64,000 bases of DNA from an uncultured Clostridia bacterium (GTDB taxonomy: Bacteria; Bacillota; Clostridia; UBA1381). The stretch's first letter is position 1. Every line of letters begins with the position of its first letter. The position numbers and the translations under genes are program-made. The stretch lies in contig CAKSOE010000007.1 of NCBI GenBank assembly GCA_934476675.1, positions 1 through 64,000 of the forward strand, read 5' to 3'. The notes beneath the pieces were generated by a model. The model did no database searches, was not told the origin of the DNA, and was given only the letters and a program-made list of their open reading frames with translations. Below are positions 1 to 10,300 of the stretch, one piece after another.

Positions 1-845
1 ATCGTAGCCCTGTATGCCGCTTCGCTTGTGTTTTCGTGCGACGGATAATCGTACCACAGCCAAACAAGTCCTCTTACGCCGCTTGAATGAAGGTCTGCGT
101 CGGCTTCGTTTTTCAGCATTTCCGTGATAGGCGCAACCACCCTGTCATCACCGAGGTGACCGGCATACTCATATGCCGCTTTCCGAACCTCGTTATCCGA
201 ATCCTTCATCAGCTCGATTTCTGCGTCCACTGCACCGTCAAGAGTTTTGTTCCATGTGCTTCCGAGAGCAACCGCCGCCTGTCTTCTTACAGCTGCGTTT
301 TCACTCTTCGCCGCCGAAAGCAGGAATTTGCCGATTTCTGCATCCTTGCCGCCTTCGTTGCCAAGAACCTTTACCGCACATTTAATAACGTACGGCTCTT
401 TTTCTGTTTTCAGATTTTCCTTTGCCGCAGCAATATGCGAACTGCTTGCACCCAAAAGCGACGCCATATTAGAAAACGCATAGCCCCTTACCTGCGGCGA
501 ATCACTTTTTAAAAGTGGTTCAACAAACTCCTTTGCCGCAGGGAGCGCCGCTTTATTATCCTTGAGTTTTTTAATTGCTTTATCCGTTATGTTTTCATCA
601 AGCTCAAGCTTATCGTTGATTGTTGCATACGAATATGTGGAAGCAAGGTTTATAAATTCGTCCAAGGTTATGTTCTGCTCATCTTTAATAAACGCTTTTA
701 TCAAATCATCCTCCGTCATATTTGCGTAGTCAATCTTTTTAGCTCCGCCGTTTTGTTTTCCGCCGTCTCCTGTCTTGTCCCCTCCGCACGATGCGAGTGT
801 GAATATCATTCCTATTGTCAAAATCAATGCTAATAACTTTTTCAT
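1..845 (-). CDS. lipoprotein with HEAT-like alpha-helical repeats (N-terminal part; C-terminus lies beyond window start)
   Basis: Minus-strand ATG at ~845 with GGAGGA RBS ~8 nt upstream; N-terminus MKKLLALILTIGMIFTLASCGG = signal peptide + lipobox Cys; body contains repeated helical units (..AVRRQAAVALG.., ..EVRKAAYEYAGHLGDD..) typical of HEAT/PBS-lyase repeats; ORF is open to position 1 so it is absent from the ORF track. Confidence 0.5.
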   Translation of the reverse strand, partial: MKKLLALILTIGMIFTLASCGGDKTGDGGKQNGGAKKIDYANMTEDDLIKAFIKDEQNITLDEFINLASTYSYATINDKLELDENITDKAIKKLKDNKAALPAAKEFVEPLLKSDSPQVRGYAFSNMASLLGASSSHIAAAKENLKTEKEPYVIKCAVKVLGNEGGKDAEIGKFLLSAAKSENAAVRRQAAVALGSTWNKTLDGAVDAEIELMKDSDNEVRKAAYEYAGHLGDDRVVAPITEMLKNEADADLHSSGVRGLVWLWYDYPSHENTSEAAYRAT

Positions 846-866
846 AATCTTTGAATCCTCCGCTTT

Positions 867-2189
867 TTATTGTTTATCATTATCATCAAATATGTCGCCG
901 CATTCCGGACAGAATTTCGGCGGATTTTGCGGATCCTGAGGCTCCCAGCCACATTTGTCGCATTTATACAGCGGAGCGCCCGCTGGCTTTGGACTTCCAC
1001 AGTTCTGGCAGAATTTCCCCTTATTTGTTGTGCCGCACGAACAAGTCCAGCCGTCTGCCGGCGCCTGAGGCTTTCCGCAATTCATGCAGAATTTTCCTGT
1101 ATTGTCCGTCTGACCGCATTCACAGCTCCAGCCTGCCGCTTGCGGCTGCTGTGCCTGCTGTTGAGGCTGTTGCTGCTGACCCATTGCAAAAAGATTGCCT
1201 GCATTCATACCTCCTGCATTCTGTGCCATATTCATTCCGAAAAATCCACCCATGGCTCCCATTCCGCCTTCGTTTGCCGCAGCCGTTCTCATAGCGTCTG
1301 TCTGACCGCCGACAATACGAGCCGCCGCAATGTTCGGATTGGTTGTCATGATGTTTTCCTCCCACTCGGTAATCTTCTTTCTCTGATCCTCAGGGATAGA
1401 TACGCCGTTAATGCTTACGGTAAAAAGCTCAATTCCGCGTTTTTCCTTCCACTCAGCTTTAAGCTCCTCCGAAAGAGCCTTTGTAACCTCCTTTGTATGC
1501 GCCGGTATTTCGGAATACATTATTTTCATTGCCGAAATTTGTGCAAATGCGGGTCTGAGGGCATCCAACAGTTCACTCTTTAACATTTCGTCGATTTCCG
1601 AACGGCTGTATATATATTCCACATTACCGCTTACATTGGTATAAAACATAACGGGGTTGGCTATTTTATAGGAATACACGCCGTTGCACCTTAAATCCAC
1701 CGACAACTTATAATTCATAGACTCATCCAGTGTCACCCTGAAAGGCACCGGTGAAGAAGTCCCGAATTTATTTCCGGTTATTTCCTTTGTATTAAAATAA
1801 TAAACCCTCTGATCCTTGCCCGGTTCGCCGCCGAAAGTAAAACGCTTGCCTACCTGCTGAAAGCTTTGCTTAACCGTTTCTCCCAGGCTGCCGCAGAAAA
1901 TGCTCGGCTCTGTTGAAGTATCATAGACAAACTCTCCCGCCTCGGCGCAAAATTCAACAATTTTGCCCGACTCCACGATAATCATGCTCTGACCTTCATT
2001 TATCGAAATGATTGAGCCGTTTGATATAATGTTGTCATCTCCTTTTTTGTTGGAGCTTCTTTTTCCGACCCGTTTTTCGCCTTTTGCCACAAGTGTGTCG
2101 GCATCTAAACTTTCGCAGTAGAAAAATTCTCTCCACTGATCAGCCAGAACGCCGCCGAGAGCGCCTGCTCCCGCTTTTAAAAGTCCCAT
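867..2189 (-). CDS. SPFH/band-7 family protein with C-terminal triple zinc-ribbon (COG4260 'putative virion core protein' type; B. subtilis YdjI-like)
   Basis: 440-aa ORF, ATG start with GAGGAG RBS; N-terminal MGLLKAGAGALGGVLADQWREFF... and central SPFH-like region; Gln/Gly/Met-rich linker; C-terminus has three CxxC...CxxC zinc-ribbon units (CECG..CMNCG, CSCG..CQNCG, CDKCG..CPECG). Confidence 0.75.
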   Translation of the reverse strand: MGLLKAGAGALGGVLADQWREFFYCESLDADTLVAKGEKRVGKRSSNKKGDDNIISNGSIISINEGQSMIIVESGKIVEFCAEAGEFVYDTSTEPSIFCGSLGETVKQSFQQVGKRFTFGGEPGKDQRVYYFNTKEITGNKFGTSSPVPFRVTLDESMNYKLSVDLRCNGVYSYKIANPVMFYTNVSGNVEYIYSRSEIDEMLKSELLDALRPAFAQISAMKIMYSEIPAHTKEVTKALSEELKAEWKEKRGIELFTVSINGVSIPEDQRKKITEWEENIMTTNPNIAAARIVGGQTDAMRTAAANEGGMGAMGGFFGMNMAQNAGGMNAGNLFAMGQQQQPQQQAQQPQAAGWSCECGQTDNTGKFCMNCGKPQAPADGWTCSCGTTNKGKFCQNCGSPKPAGAPLYKCDKCGWEPQDPQNPPKFCPECGDIFDDNDKQ

Positions 2190-2213
2190 AATTCTGTTCT
2201 CCTCTCAATTGTT

Positions 2214-2744
2214 TTATTCTTTATACTCTGTTATATCCCATATATCAGGCGTACATATCAGCCTGCCGTTTTCATCCGTATCAAGCGTGATTTTATGCCC
2301 GCCGCGAATGTAGATATGAATTTCCACATTACTGCCGCAGTTTATAGTATATGGTGTGCCATCGTATACTTTTTGTAAATTTTTTTCATCTCCGCTTTTA
2401 ATGAGCTCGTTTTCATCTCCGTACCGTGGAATAACAAGATACCATTTTTCACCGCCGTAATCATAATGACTGATCGCCCGGCGTTTTTCCGGGGAAAGCT
2501 CCGAAAAAAGTTTTTCTATATATTCCTTCGCTGCATTTTTGCCGTTTTCTCCGTTTCCGAGATATACGACAGCCCAATAGGAAGTATCATCAATTTCATC
2601 AAACGGGAGAGTGTTTGCGTATTCTGTACGATGTTCTCTGTCAACATACACCATGCCCGGTCCGTCCAGCATAAAAGGCTTTTCTCCGGGCGCCCTGCAT
2701 CCTAAAAGACCGGCAATAACCGTAAATATCGCAAATACTTTCAT
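2214..2744 (-). CDS. hypothetical lipoprotein
   Basis: Track ORF starts at GTG 2753; preferred ATG at 2744 (AGGTGAG RBS) gives MKVFAIFTVIAGLLGCRAPGEK = signal peptide + lipobox; no recognisable catalytic motifs. Confidence 0.5.
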   Translation of the reverse strand: MKVFAIFTVIAGLLGCRAPGEKPFMLDGPGMVYVDREHRTEYANTLPFDEIDDTSYWAVVYLGNGENGKNAAKEYIEKLFSELSPEKRRAISHYDYGGEKWYLVIPRYGDENELIKSGDEKNLQKVYDGTPYTINCGSNVEIHIYIRGGHKITLDTDENGRLICTPDIWDITEYKE

Positions 2745-2757
2745 AAGTCTCACCTAA

Positions 2758-3942
2758 TCACCCTTTCGGCAATTCAACCCTCATATCATAGCAAAGGATT
2801 CTCGAAATCAAAGCTGCGGCTTCGCTCCGTTTAACCTGCGAATCGGGATAGTATGCCATAAATTCATCACTTCCCACCGCAATTCCTTTATTGTAAAGGT
2901 CTAAAATTTCATAGGCAAACGGCGTTGTATCATAAACATCGGGAATATCGGTTATCGGAACATCATTTATGAAATACGGATTGATGTCGCACCGCGAAAA
3001 CAGATATGCCATTTGTGCACGCGTTGCGTTTTTGTCCCAATCGAAGATAATATAATCTTCAATTATTCCGTTATCATAGCAATAGTCCACATAAACATCA
3101 TACCAGTTTTCACCGGTCATTTGGAATTCAACTTCCTCTCTTTCGTATTGGCTTTTATTGTGAATTACCGCGGCAATTTTGGCTGCCTCCGCGCAGGTAA
3201 GCCCTGCATTCGGGTCAAATTCCCTTTTGTTTTTCCCGTTTATGATGCCGAAGCTGTACGCCGTCTGCACATAAGAATAGTACCATGCGTCCGGCGATAT
3301 GTCCGCAAACGGCAGAGAGGTATCCTCCAGATATTTGCTTCCTTTAAAGCCGCAGTCCTCGCAGTATATCATGTTTTCACCGAAAATATCCTTTTCCGTC
3401 ATACTCTCAACAAGCGCAGTGTGCATAAGTGAAAAACTAAAATTCCCGTCACCCTTTGCATCGGATATTTTTTCGTACATCACATGCTCATCTGCCGTGC
3501 ACGGGATATAAAACTGTATAAATCCGGTTCCGACAAACACATCAAAATCAAACGTTATTTCCTCTGAATTCAATGTAACCTCATTAAGATTTGCGCAGTT
3601 GGCAAAAGCGCGCTCACCGATATTTTTCACACTTGACGGAATATATGCACTTTCGGCATTGCAGCCTTCAAATGCATTTGTGTTTATCAATTCAATTCCT
3701 TCGGCAACGGATATGTATTCAATTCCTAAGTCAAAACAAGCCATAACGCCGATTTCATTGATTTTTGTTCCGTCTATTTCTGCCGGGAAAAAGGCAAATT
3801 CATCACCGTAATAAGCGGTAATTACTCCATCCTTTGTGTATTCATACATACCGTCTGCCGATTTGAATGTTTCCCGTTCCGCACAGACAACAGTGCTGCT
3901 TAAAATCAGCATCGCTGTAAGCAATAGCAATAGTTTTTTCAC
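2758..3942 (-). CDS. cell-surface protein: signal peptide + BspA-type leucine-rich repeats + three SLH (S-layer homology) domains
   Basis: GTG start with GGGAGGT RBS; MKKLLLLLTAMLILSSTVVCA signal peptide; LRR_5-like units (IPSSVKNIGERAFANCANLNEVTL...); three C-terminal segments matching SLH pattern (FADISPDAWYYSYVQTAYSFGIINGK..FDPNAGLTCAEAAKI; ..NGIIEDY..ATRAQMAYLFSR; ..KGIAVGSDEF..VKRSEAAALISR). Confidence 0.6.
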   Translation of the reverse strand: MKKLLLLLTAMLILSSTVVCAERETFKSADGMYEYTKDGVITAYYGDEFAFFPAEIDGTKINEIGVMACFDLGIEYISVAEGIELINTNAFEGCNAESAYIPSSVKNIGERAFANCANLNEVTLNSEEITFDFDVFVGTGFIQFYIPCTADEHVMYEKISDAKGDGNFSFSLMHTALVESMTEKDIFGENMIYCEDCGFKGSKYLEDTSLPFADISPDAWYYSYVQTAYSFGIINGKNKREFDPNAGLTCAEAAKIAAVIHNKSQYEREEVEFQMTGENWYDVYVDYCYDNGIIEDYIIFDWDKNATRAQMAYLFSRCDINPYFINDVPITDIPDVYDTTPFAYEILDLYNKGIAVGSDEFMAYYPDSQVKRSEAAALISRILCYDMRVELPKG

Positions 3943-3957
3943 GTTTCGTACCTCCCG

Positions 3958-4836
3958 TTACTTTATTTTGGCTTCCGCATCGTCCGCGCGTCTTGTGTAA
4001 ACCGCCATGCCGCCTGTTGCAGCATCGTTTACCGCATTCATGCCTTCCTTGAGTCTTTCCTTTTCCTCGGCAGTTATGGATTCCTCTCCCTTTGTTGCCG
4101 CCTTAAACGCCGTACCGAAGGCAGCCGCCATTCCGATTGCTGCCGCATCCTCTCTTTTTTCCGCCTTGCTCCTGCCAAAACCGAACAAACCTCTTTCGTC
4201 ATCGTTAACACCGAAAATATAATCAAAATGGCGCTTTGCATTAAGTACATACTGCATATCCGATCGATTGTTTTTGCTAAAGCAGACTTTAATTTCCCGC
4301 TTAATATACGGATGAGGACGAAGTCCTTTTTTATTATCTGTATTCACCCTGTTCATATTTCCGCCCAAAAGCTTGATTTTTAATCCGCATTCCTTAAATT
4401 CGGGATTTTTTCCCTGTTCGGTTGCGGGTGTTTCCTCTATGTATTCCTCATAGCTCGCCACCTGATCATAGCGGAAAAGTTCTTTCATTTTGCCTCTGCC
4501 CGTATCGCTTCTGTATACAATCCGGAACATTCCCAAGTCGTCACAGAACTCAATTCCCATTTCTTTAAGAGTTGACGGGCAGACGCTTTTTTTACCCTCT
4601 TTTGAGTAAACTTCCTCGTAAAGCCTGTTCTGCCGTTTCATATACTCTATATGCCCTTTGATTTCATCTAATGTGAGTTCACTCAATCGAATATATTTTG
4701 AACATAAATTTCCGCAATCAGAACAAATAAATTCTTTGTTCTTGATCTTTGAGCGGTGCATCATGCCGCATTCCTTCCCGCATAACGCACAATTTTTCTT
4801 GCCGAAAATGTTCTTAAAAAAATCACCGAATCCCAT
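3958..4836 (-). CDS. hypothetical protein with N-terminal zinc ribbon
   Basis: 292-aa ORF, ATG with AAGGAGG RBS; N-terminal CALCGKEC...CSDCGNLC zinc-ribbon; Ala/Gly/Glu-rich C-terminus; no enzymatic motifs recognised. Confidence 0.5.
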   Translation of the reverse strand: MGFGDFFKNIFGKKNCALCGKECGMMHRSKIKNKEFICSDCGNLCSKYIRLSELTLDEIKGHIEYMKRQNRLYEEVYSKEGKKSVCPSTLKEMGIEFCDDLGMFRIVYRSDTGRGKMKELFRYDQVASYEEYIEETPATEQGKNPEFKECGLKIKLLGGNMNRVNTDNKKGLRPHPYIKREIKVCFSKNNRSDMQYVLNAKRHFDYIFGVNDDERGLFGFGRSKAEKREDAAAIGMAAAFGTAFKAATKGEESITAEEKERLKEGMNAVNDAATGGMAVYTRRADDAEAKIK

Positions 4837-4862
4837 AATTTTTTCCTCCTTAAAATCTGTTT

Positions 4863-5639
4863 TTAAAAGCTTCCGCCCCTTCCGCCGTGGCTTCTGCCCG
4901 AAGACGACGTATGGCTGCCGGAATCCGATTTCGGTTTTTCCGTTTTTGTTACGGCGCTGTAGAGGAATATATCCCTTGAAAAATCAAGATTCATACTATC
5001 CGGCTTCATATAATTTCCGGCATTGTCCTCTTTGACCGCTGTTTTCATTGCGCAGAGTTTTTTATTCATCATAAAATATGCAAGAATAAGCGGAAGAAGA
5101 AGCGTCCCCGCAACCACACACAGGATATACTTCGTGCTGTGCTGTCTTTTGTTAAAGGGTTTACCCTCTGCCGCCATCTCCAAAAGCTCTTCGGTATGTT
5201 CTGCGTAGGATTTGACCGCAGCATAATAATTGTCTTTCTTCAGATACGGAACAATCTTTTTTTCAAGATAGGCAAGACCGTTTTCGTTAAATATCGTTTC
5301 ACCGCTGCCACAGGTGGAAAAATGATATTTTCTTTCGGAATCCGCTATATAAAACAGAATACCGTCATAACTTTCGCCGTATCCGTAGCCGTTATAATCG
5401 TAAATATCGTCAGCCGCCGCTTGTGCGTCGTAAGCGGACATACTTTTCTCCGAAACAAACGCAACGTCAAAGCAGTATTCTTCACGAATTTTATTAAGTC
5501 TTTCCGTCAGTTCCGCATTTTGCTCATCTGTCAGATATCCTGCTGCATCCGAAACGGAAGGCTGCTCAAATTTCGCATAGACGGGAAGCGCAGACAAAAA
5601 GCAAAGAACGGATATCATCAGGATCATAATTCTTTTCAT
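4863..5639 (-). CDS. TPM-domain protein (YgcG / B. subtilis YdjH-like)
   Basis: Track start 5648 is GTG; ATG at 5639 with AAGGGGG RBS gives MKRIMILMISVLCFLSALPVYA signal peptide; TPM-domain hallmarks (YLTDEQNAELTERLNKIREEY..DVAFVS...GILFYIADSERKYHFSTCG); C-terminal TM helix and Gly/Ser/Arg-rich tail (SGSHTSSSGRSHGGRGGSF) as in YgcG family. Confidence 0.75.
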   Translation of the reverse strand: MKRIMILMISVLCFLSALPVYAKFEQPSVSDAAGYLTDEQNAELTERLNKIREEYCFDVAFVSEKSMSAYDAQAAADDIYDYNGYGYGESYDGILFYIADSERKYHFSTCGSGETIFNENGLAYLEKKIVPYLKKDNYYAAVKSYAEHTEELLEMAAEGKPFNKRQHSTKYILCVVAGTLLLPLILAYFMMNKKLCAMKTAVKEDNAGNYMKPDSMNLDFSRDIFLYSAVTKTEKPKSDSGSHTSSSGRSHGGRGGSF

Positions 5640-5652
5640 TATACGCACCCCC

Positions 5653-6732
5653 TTAACGCAGCAGAAAATATGCTATGACTGCAGCCGCAGCATAAAAAAT
5701 CCCCGCAAGTTTTCCGAAATACAGCCATTTTTTTCGTTTATCAACCGGATATTCTCCAACAACCTTGCCTGTCTGTCCGTTGATAGCGAACCGATATATA
5801 TTGTTCATATATTTGATATTAAGCATCCATACCGGAAGCAGAGAATATCGTATTTTGCCGCCGGAAAAGCTGATTTTTATACTTTCGGGAATCACCGCAG
5901 CATAACCGTTTGCTGTTTCCCTGAATACGGAAACGGTGGAATTTTTCACGCGCTCGTTTGCACGTTCTATACTTTCCTCCGCTGAAACATCATATTTATC
6001 TGCCATATACCCCGAAAGATATGCGCCGTTAAATTCAACGGCATCGTCATAGTGAAAAGGTTCTACCGCCTCCATATATGCGTCATCCGCTTTTTTCGAG
6101 CCGTCAACCGGAATATTGGCAAACCCCACACTACCGCTTCTAAAAAGTCTGTAATAGTCTGTTTTGGTATAATTGTAATTGGAATCACTCCAGCTTGTAA
6201 CCCTTTGTGCACCGTAAGTTATTGCCGCGTTGCAGTCACAGTCGAACATCCAGAACGGTACATAAACGCCTGCCATTTCTTCTGTTTTCTTCTTATTCTT
6301 AAATTCGTCCGGCAAAAACGGCGCATTTTTGAAATCAGCCTCAAACGCCGCCATTGCCGCCTTTTTTTCTATTTTAAACGGAATAATATAATCAGGACGG
6401 AGAGTTCCCTCAAACTGTCCCTTGATCACTGCCGCATCGCCGCAGTAGGGGCATACAACTGACCCCATCGTTTCGTCACCGGTTATCTCTGCGCCGCAAG
6501 ATGGGCAGGTATAGCCTGCGAGTTCAACCTCTCCGTCTGTTTCATAGTTTCTCGGTTCGTAGTGTTCCCAGTCATATTTTGACTCTCCCCGCATTTGCGT
6601 TCCGGCATCATCAATTTGCCGCATCGCGTCAAGCTGAAAATCATTACCGCAAGAATCACAGTGCAGCGACTCGTTCTGAAAAATCAGCGAAGCGCCGCAG
6701 CAAGGGCACTTATAGCTTTGTACCGCATCCAT
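5653..6732 (-). CDS. double zinc-ribbon protein with C-terminal transmembrane anchor (B. subtilis YdjG-like)
   Basis: Track start 6771 is TTG; ATG at 6732 with AGAGGAAG RBS gives MDAVQSYKCPCCGASL...CDSCGNDF and a second ribbon CPSCGAEI..CPYCGDAAV; ~200-aa central domain; C-terminal hydrophobic helix LYFGKLAGIFYAAAAVIAYFLL; stop 5 nt upstream of TPM gene start. Confidence 0.55.
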   Translation of the reverse strand: MDAVQSYKCPCCGASLIFQNESLHCDSCGNDFQLDAMRQIDDAGTQMRGESKYDWEHYEPRNYETDGEVELAGYTCPSCGAEITGDETMGSVVCPYCGDAAVIKGQFEGTLRPDYIIPFKIEKKAAMAAFEADFKNAPFLPDEFKNKKKTEEMAGVYVPFWMFDCDCNAAITYGAQRVTSWSDSNYNYTKTDYYRLFRSGSVGFANIPVDGSKKADDAYMEAVEPFHYDDAVEFNGAYLSGYMADKYDVSAEESIERANERVKNSTVSVFRETANGYAAVIPESIKISFSGGKIRYSLLPVWMLNIKYMNNIYRFAINGQTGKVVGEYPVDKRKKWLYFGKLAGIFYAAAAVIAYFLLR

Positions 6733-6804
6733 TGTTTCACTTCCTCTTTGCCCGGCCGCTCCCGCCGCCAAAACCCCTGCGGCGGGAATATCCGGATATT
6801 TTAC

Positions 6805-7200
6805 TTATGCTGTCTCTTTATTCTTTGCCGCACCAATTATGTACAGAACCGGAATAATCAGTCCGGTAGCATAGCTAAAAATATTAAAATCGCTGCCAAG
6901 CACATTTGAGGTAACATTGCCGGCTATACTTAAGATTGCCACAATGATACCCATAACCAGGCAGGTTTGTGCCTTTTCGGGTTTATCGCAGTTTTTCACA
7001 CCCATAATTCCGGCAATCAGCTGAAATATTGCGCTTGCCAGAATCAGCGCGCTTGCCAGCATAAGTCCGCCGGCGCTTGTTTCAAGAACCGCCGCCAAAG
7101 CGCCTGATCCGATCAGTGCAATAATCCCTCCGATGATACCAAATACTGCGCCGATAATCATCAGAATCCCTGTGACCTTCAAAAACTTTCTTCCTTTCAT
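6805..7200 (-). CDS. small polytopic membrane protein
   Basis: Perfect RBS AAGGAGG 6 nt upstream of ATG at 7200 (track start 7236 lacks RBS); MKGRKFLKVTGILMIIGAVFGIIGGIIALIGSGALAAVLE... 3-4 predicted TM helices rich in Gly/Ala/Ile. Confidence 0.5.
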   Translation of the reverse strand: MKGRKFLKVTGILMIIGAVFGIIGGIIALIGSGALAAVLETSAGGLMLASALILASAIFQLIAGIMGVKNCDKPEKAQTCLVMGIIVAILSIAGNVTSNVLGSDFNIFSYATGLIIPVLYIIGAAKNKETA

Positions 7201-7390
7201 AATGAACCTCCTTAAAAAATTTTTATTTATATCCACATTTTTAAAATGGATATGTCAAACTGTTATTCCCATACGCAAGGAAATGTTGCGTATCGTCCGT
7301 TTCGCAAAAATGTTATTGCTATAACAAAAGCAAGGCAACATGATATTGTTTGTTTTATATTCTATATCTGTTTCCTCCTTATAATATGTG

Positions 7391-10300
7391 TTATGTGCCG
7401 GCTATTTTCAGCCGTGACGCCGGCAATAGCGGTTTTATTGTTTTATTATAGTGGAGCATAAAAGCCCGAATCTCATCCGCACCCGAAATATTCAGCCCCA
7501 AATCGCTGACGGAAATGTCGAGGACCGGCGTATCTATTTTGCGGATAACTTCTCTTTTTACGTCAATCATCCGTCCGTTTTTATAGCTTGCTGCCCAAAC
7601 CCATGCAGAAAGCCCGCCGTTGGAAGCGTGAATGTGATATTCACCTTTTTTGTCGGACAGCTGCAAAACAGGTTCTTCGGTAAGCTTCGGAATCGTTACC
7701 GTCTCTTCGTAAAGGCATACGTCGCAGACGTGACGGCCGATTCCGTCCTCAGTCAGAGTGGGTTTTTTAGGAAATACCATCTGATTGTAGCGATGCGGTA
7801 TCACGCGGAGCTTTTCGGAACAGTCCGGGCTCTCGCATTCCAGCCAATGACTTGTTTCGTCGTGCACATATGAGCTGTTGACAAAGGAGCAGACATGCGT
7901 CAGCGGCGCTATCGGTGCGGTTTGTTCATTCCAGCAGCCGGCTTGCGAGCAGATGCGTTTCTTCAAACCCGGCGCAGATGTTGTCGGCGCTATAACAGTT
8001 ACCCAATCGCCGTAGGTATGGCGAATATAGGAATTGTCGGAGCGTCCGCAAGCTTCGTCGGAGCAGGTATTCCAGTGCGCAATGCCGTCATGCGCCACCA
8101 CAGTGAAGTTATGTGTATGCGGTGCGGTAAGCTTGGGAATGCTCTGCTTTTGCCTTGTTAAACCGCAGTCGGCGCAGTAATAGGTCTGCTCGCCCTCGGC
8201 GTCAGCCGTAGGCTCCTTGGTGGTTTTCCAATAACCCGGTGTGTGCGACTGCAAATAAAATTCCTCGTGACAGTTTTTGCACAGTACCATATGTCTGTCT
8301 GTCCGACTGCCTGTATATGCCACACTATTTCTGTACTCATAAGACGAGGTGTCGTGCTGCGGAGTAATGCAAATCGGCTTGGACTGCACCGTGCCGCCGT
8401 CGCCGGTAACAACGCAGGCAAACATAAATTCATCCTCATATTGCAAAACCTCGCCGCACATTGCGTCATACAGTCCAACGGTCAGCGTATCGGTTTTTGT
8501 GCCCGCATGGCCGTTTACGGGGTCTTCCGTTATGTCACGGATATTAGATAACTTAACATTTCCGTTGGAATCGTAATAAGCGCGGTACCACTGATAAGTA
8601 AGATTATTGCCTCGTGCCTTGACCGAGAGCTTAACGAAGTTTTCGTCATCACGTCCGTGACGGTAAGTCGGCTTCGGGTCTGTTGTCTGCCATGTGATGC
8701 GCACGGGACGGATTCTTCCGCAGGAAACGCAGGCATCGCCGTGACGCCAGTCGTGTGCGCCGATATTCACGCGCTTGCCGCCATCGGGGCAATTCGAGTT
8801 TGAGCAGATCTTCCAGTGCTGAGTTTCGTTCATCTGCCATTCAGCTGTTTCGTGCGGCAGGTTGATAAAGAACCACACGTTGCTGTTGTAATATGCCTCA
8901 TAATTTCCAAGCTCGTTGTGCGCACGCAGGATAAACTCGTATCTGCCGCACTGACCGTACAAGTGCTTGAACAGCCGCTGGCACTCCGGCTCCTGTAAAT
9001 CCAAAATAACGCTGTCTTTTGTATAGGTTACCAGCTGCTGGGCATACATATTCCAATACGGCGTGCTCTGCTGCGGATTTATCTTCATGCCCGTTTCGGG
9101 GTCGATAATCGACATTTTTACATTTTCTCCGCATAACAGTGTATACGGAATTACCAGCTTTTCGCCGAACACTGCCGTAAATTCGTCCGCAGCGTAATAT
9201 TTTTCTTTGCCGTTGACATAAGTAAGGTAGTCCCATTCAAGATCTTTTCCGCCGACCGTATCGATTCCCGGTGCGGCAATTTTCTTATAATAACAGTTCA
9301 AAGCGCCGCAGGCATAGGGGTTCTTCGAGAAATCGTGCGTTGTTTTTGTTCCGGCTTTTACATCGCCGCAAAGGCTGCATTGCCTCCAGTGATGCGTTGC
9401 GTCATAAATCAGCACTTCACTGCCTTCGCACGTTCCGTTTACGCAGGCGGACGAAACGCTGTTTGTTTTTCTCAAAAAGTATCCGCAGTCAAGGCAGTTG
9501 GAATGTACGATTGCGATAGGTTTCCCGAAAACTTCGGAAAAGTTTTCACGAACCCATTCTCCGAATCTGTGTCTGTTTCGGTTCATCGCCATACCGCAAT
9601 AGGTGCAGGTCTGATAATGCCTGTTGGCGTCCTCCTCTATATAGGTGTTTCCCGCCGTATGCGTGTGTGCGCCGTGATCGCATTTCGAGAAACAGGTTTC
9701 GTGCGATGTGCAATAGTGGTCAATCCATTTCGGGTCGCTCGGACACATATCTTCACCGCAGGAGCAGGGCGTCGCCGCCTTGCAGCAGGCAAGGCACTTG
9801 CCGCAGTAGTGGCACATTTCGCCGGGCGCAAAGCAATTATTGCACGTTTGGCAAAAATGCTTGCTCCATCCCGAGGAGCCCGGGCAAACGTGCGTGTGCG
9901 TACAATTCTCCTGCGCGCGCATTTTATCGCAGCAGCCGGCACAGCCGCCGCAGACGTCACACAAAACCTCCACGCAGCCGTCGTGCAGGTCGCAGAAATG
10001 GTTTCTCCACTCGTCGCTCTCAACGCAGACACCGTGGTTGCATCCGGCAAAGTCGGCATTATTCAGACAACAGTCCAGACAATAGCCGCAGTCGGGACAG
10101 AATTCGTTTTCTTCAAAGCAGTCGCCGCAGCCGCTGCAGCGGTGACCCTCCGCATCCCAGTCTGCGCTTTCCGTGCATATGCCGTGTTCACAGCCGTTCC
10201 CATGACTTTCAATAAGGCAGCACCCCGTGCAAAGACCGCAGTCGTCGCACATCTCATCTTCCTCAAAGCAGTTTTCGCAGGATTGACAGCGGTGAGAATA

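Noticed and set aside
87-512. Plus-strand ORFs (87-512, 173-385, 247-483) at window start
   Set aside because: They lie antisense to, and entirely inside, the minus-strand lipoprotein gene (ATG ~845, good RBS, signal peptide). Their Arg/Cys/Phe-rich translations and lack of RBS indicate shadow ORFs.
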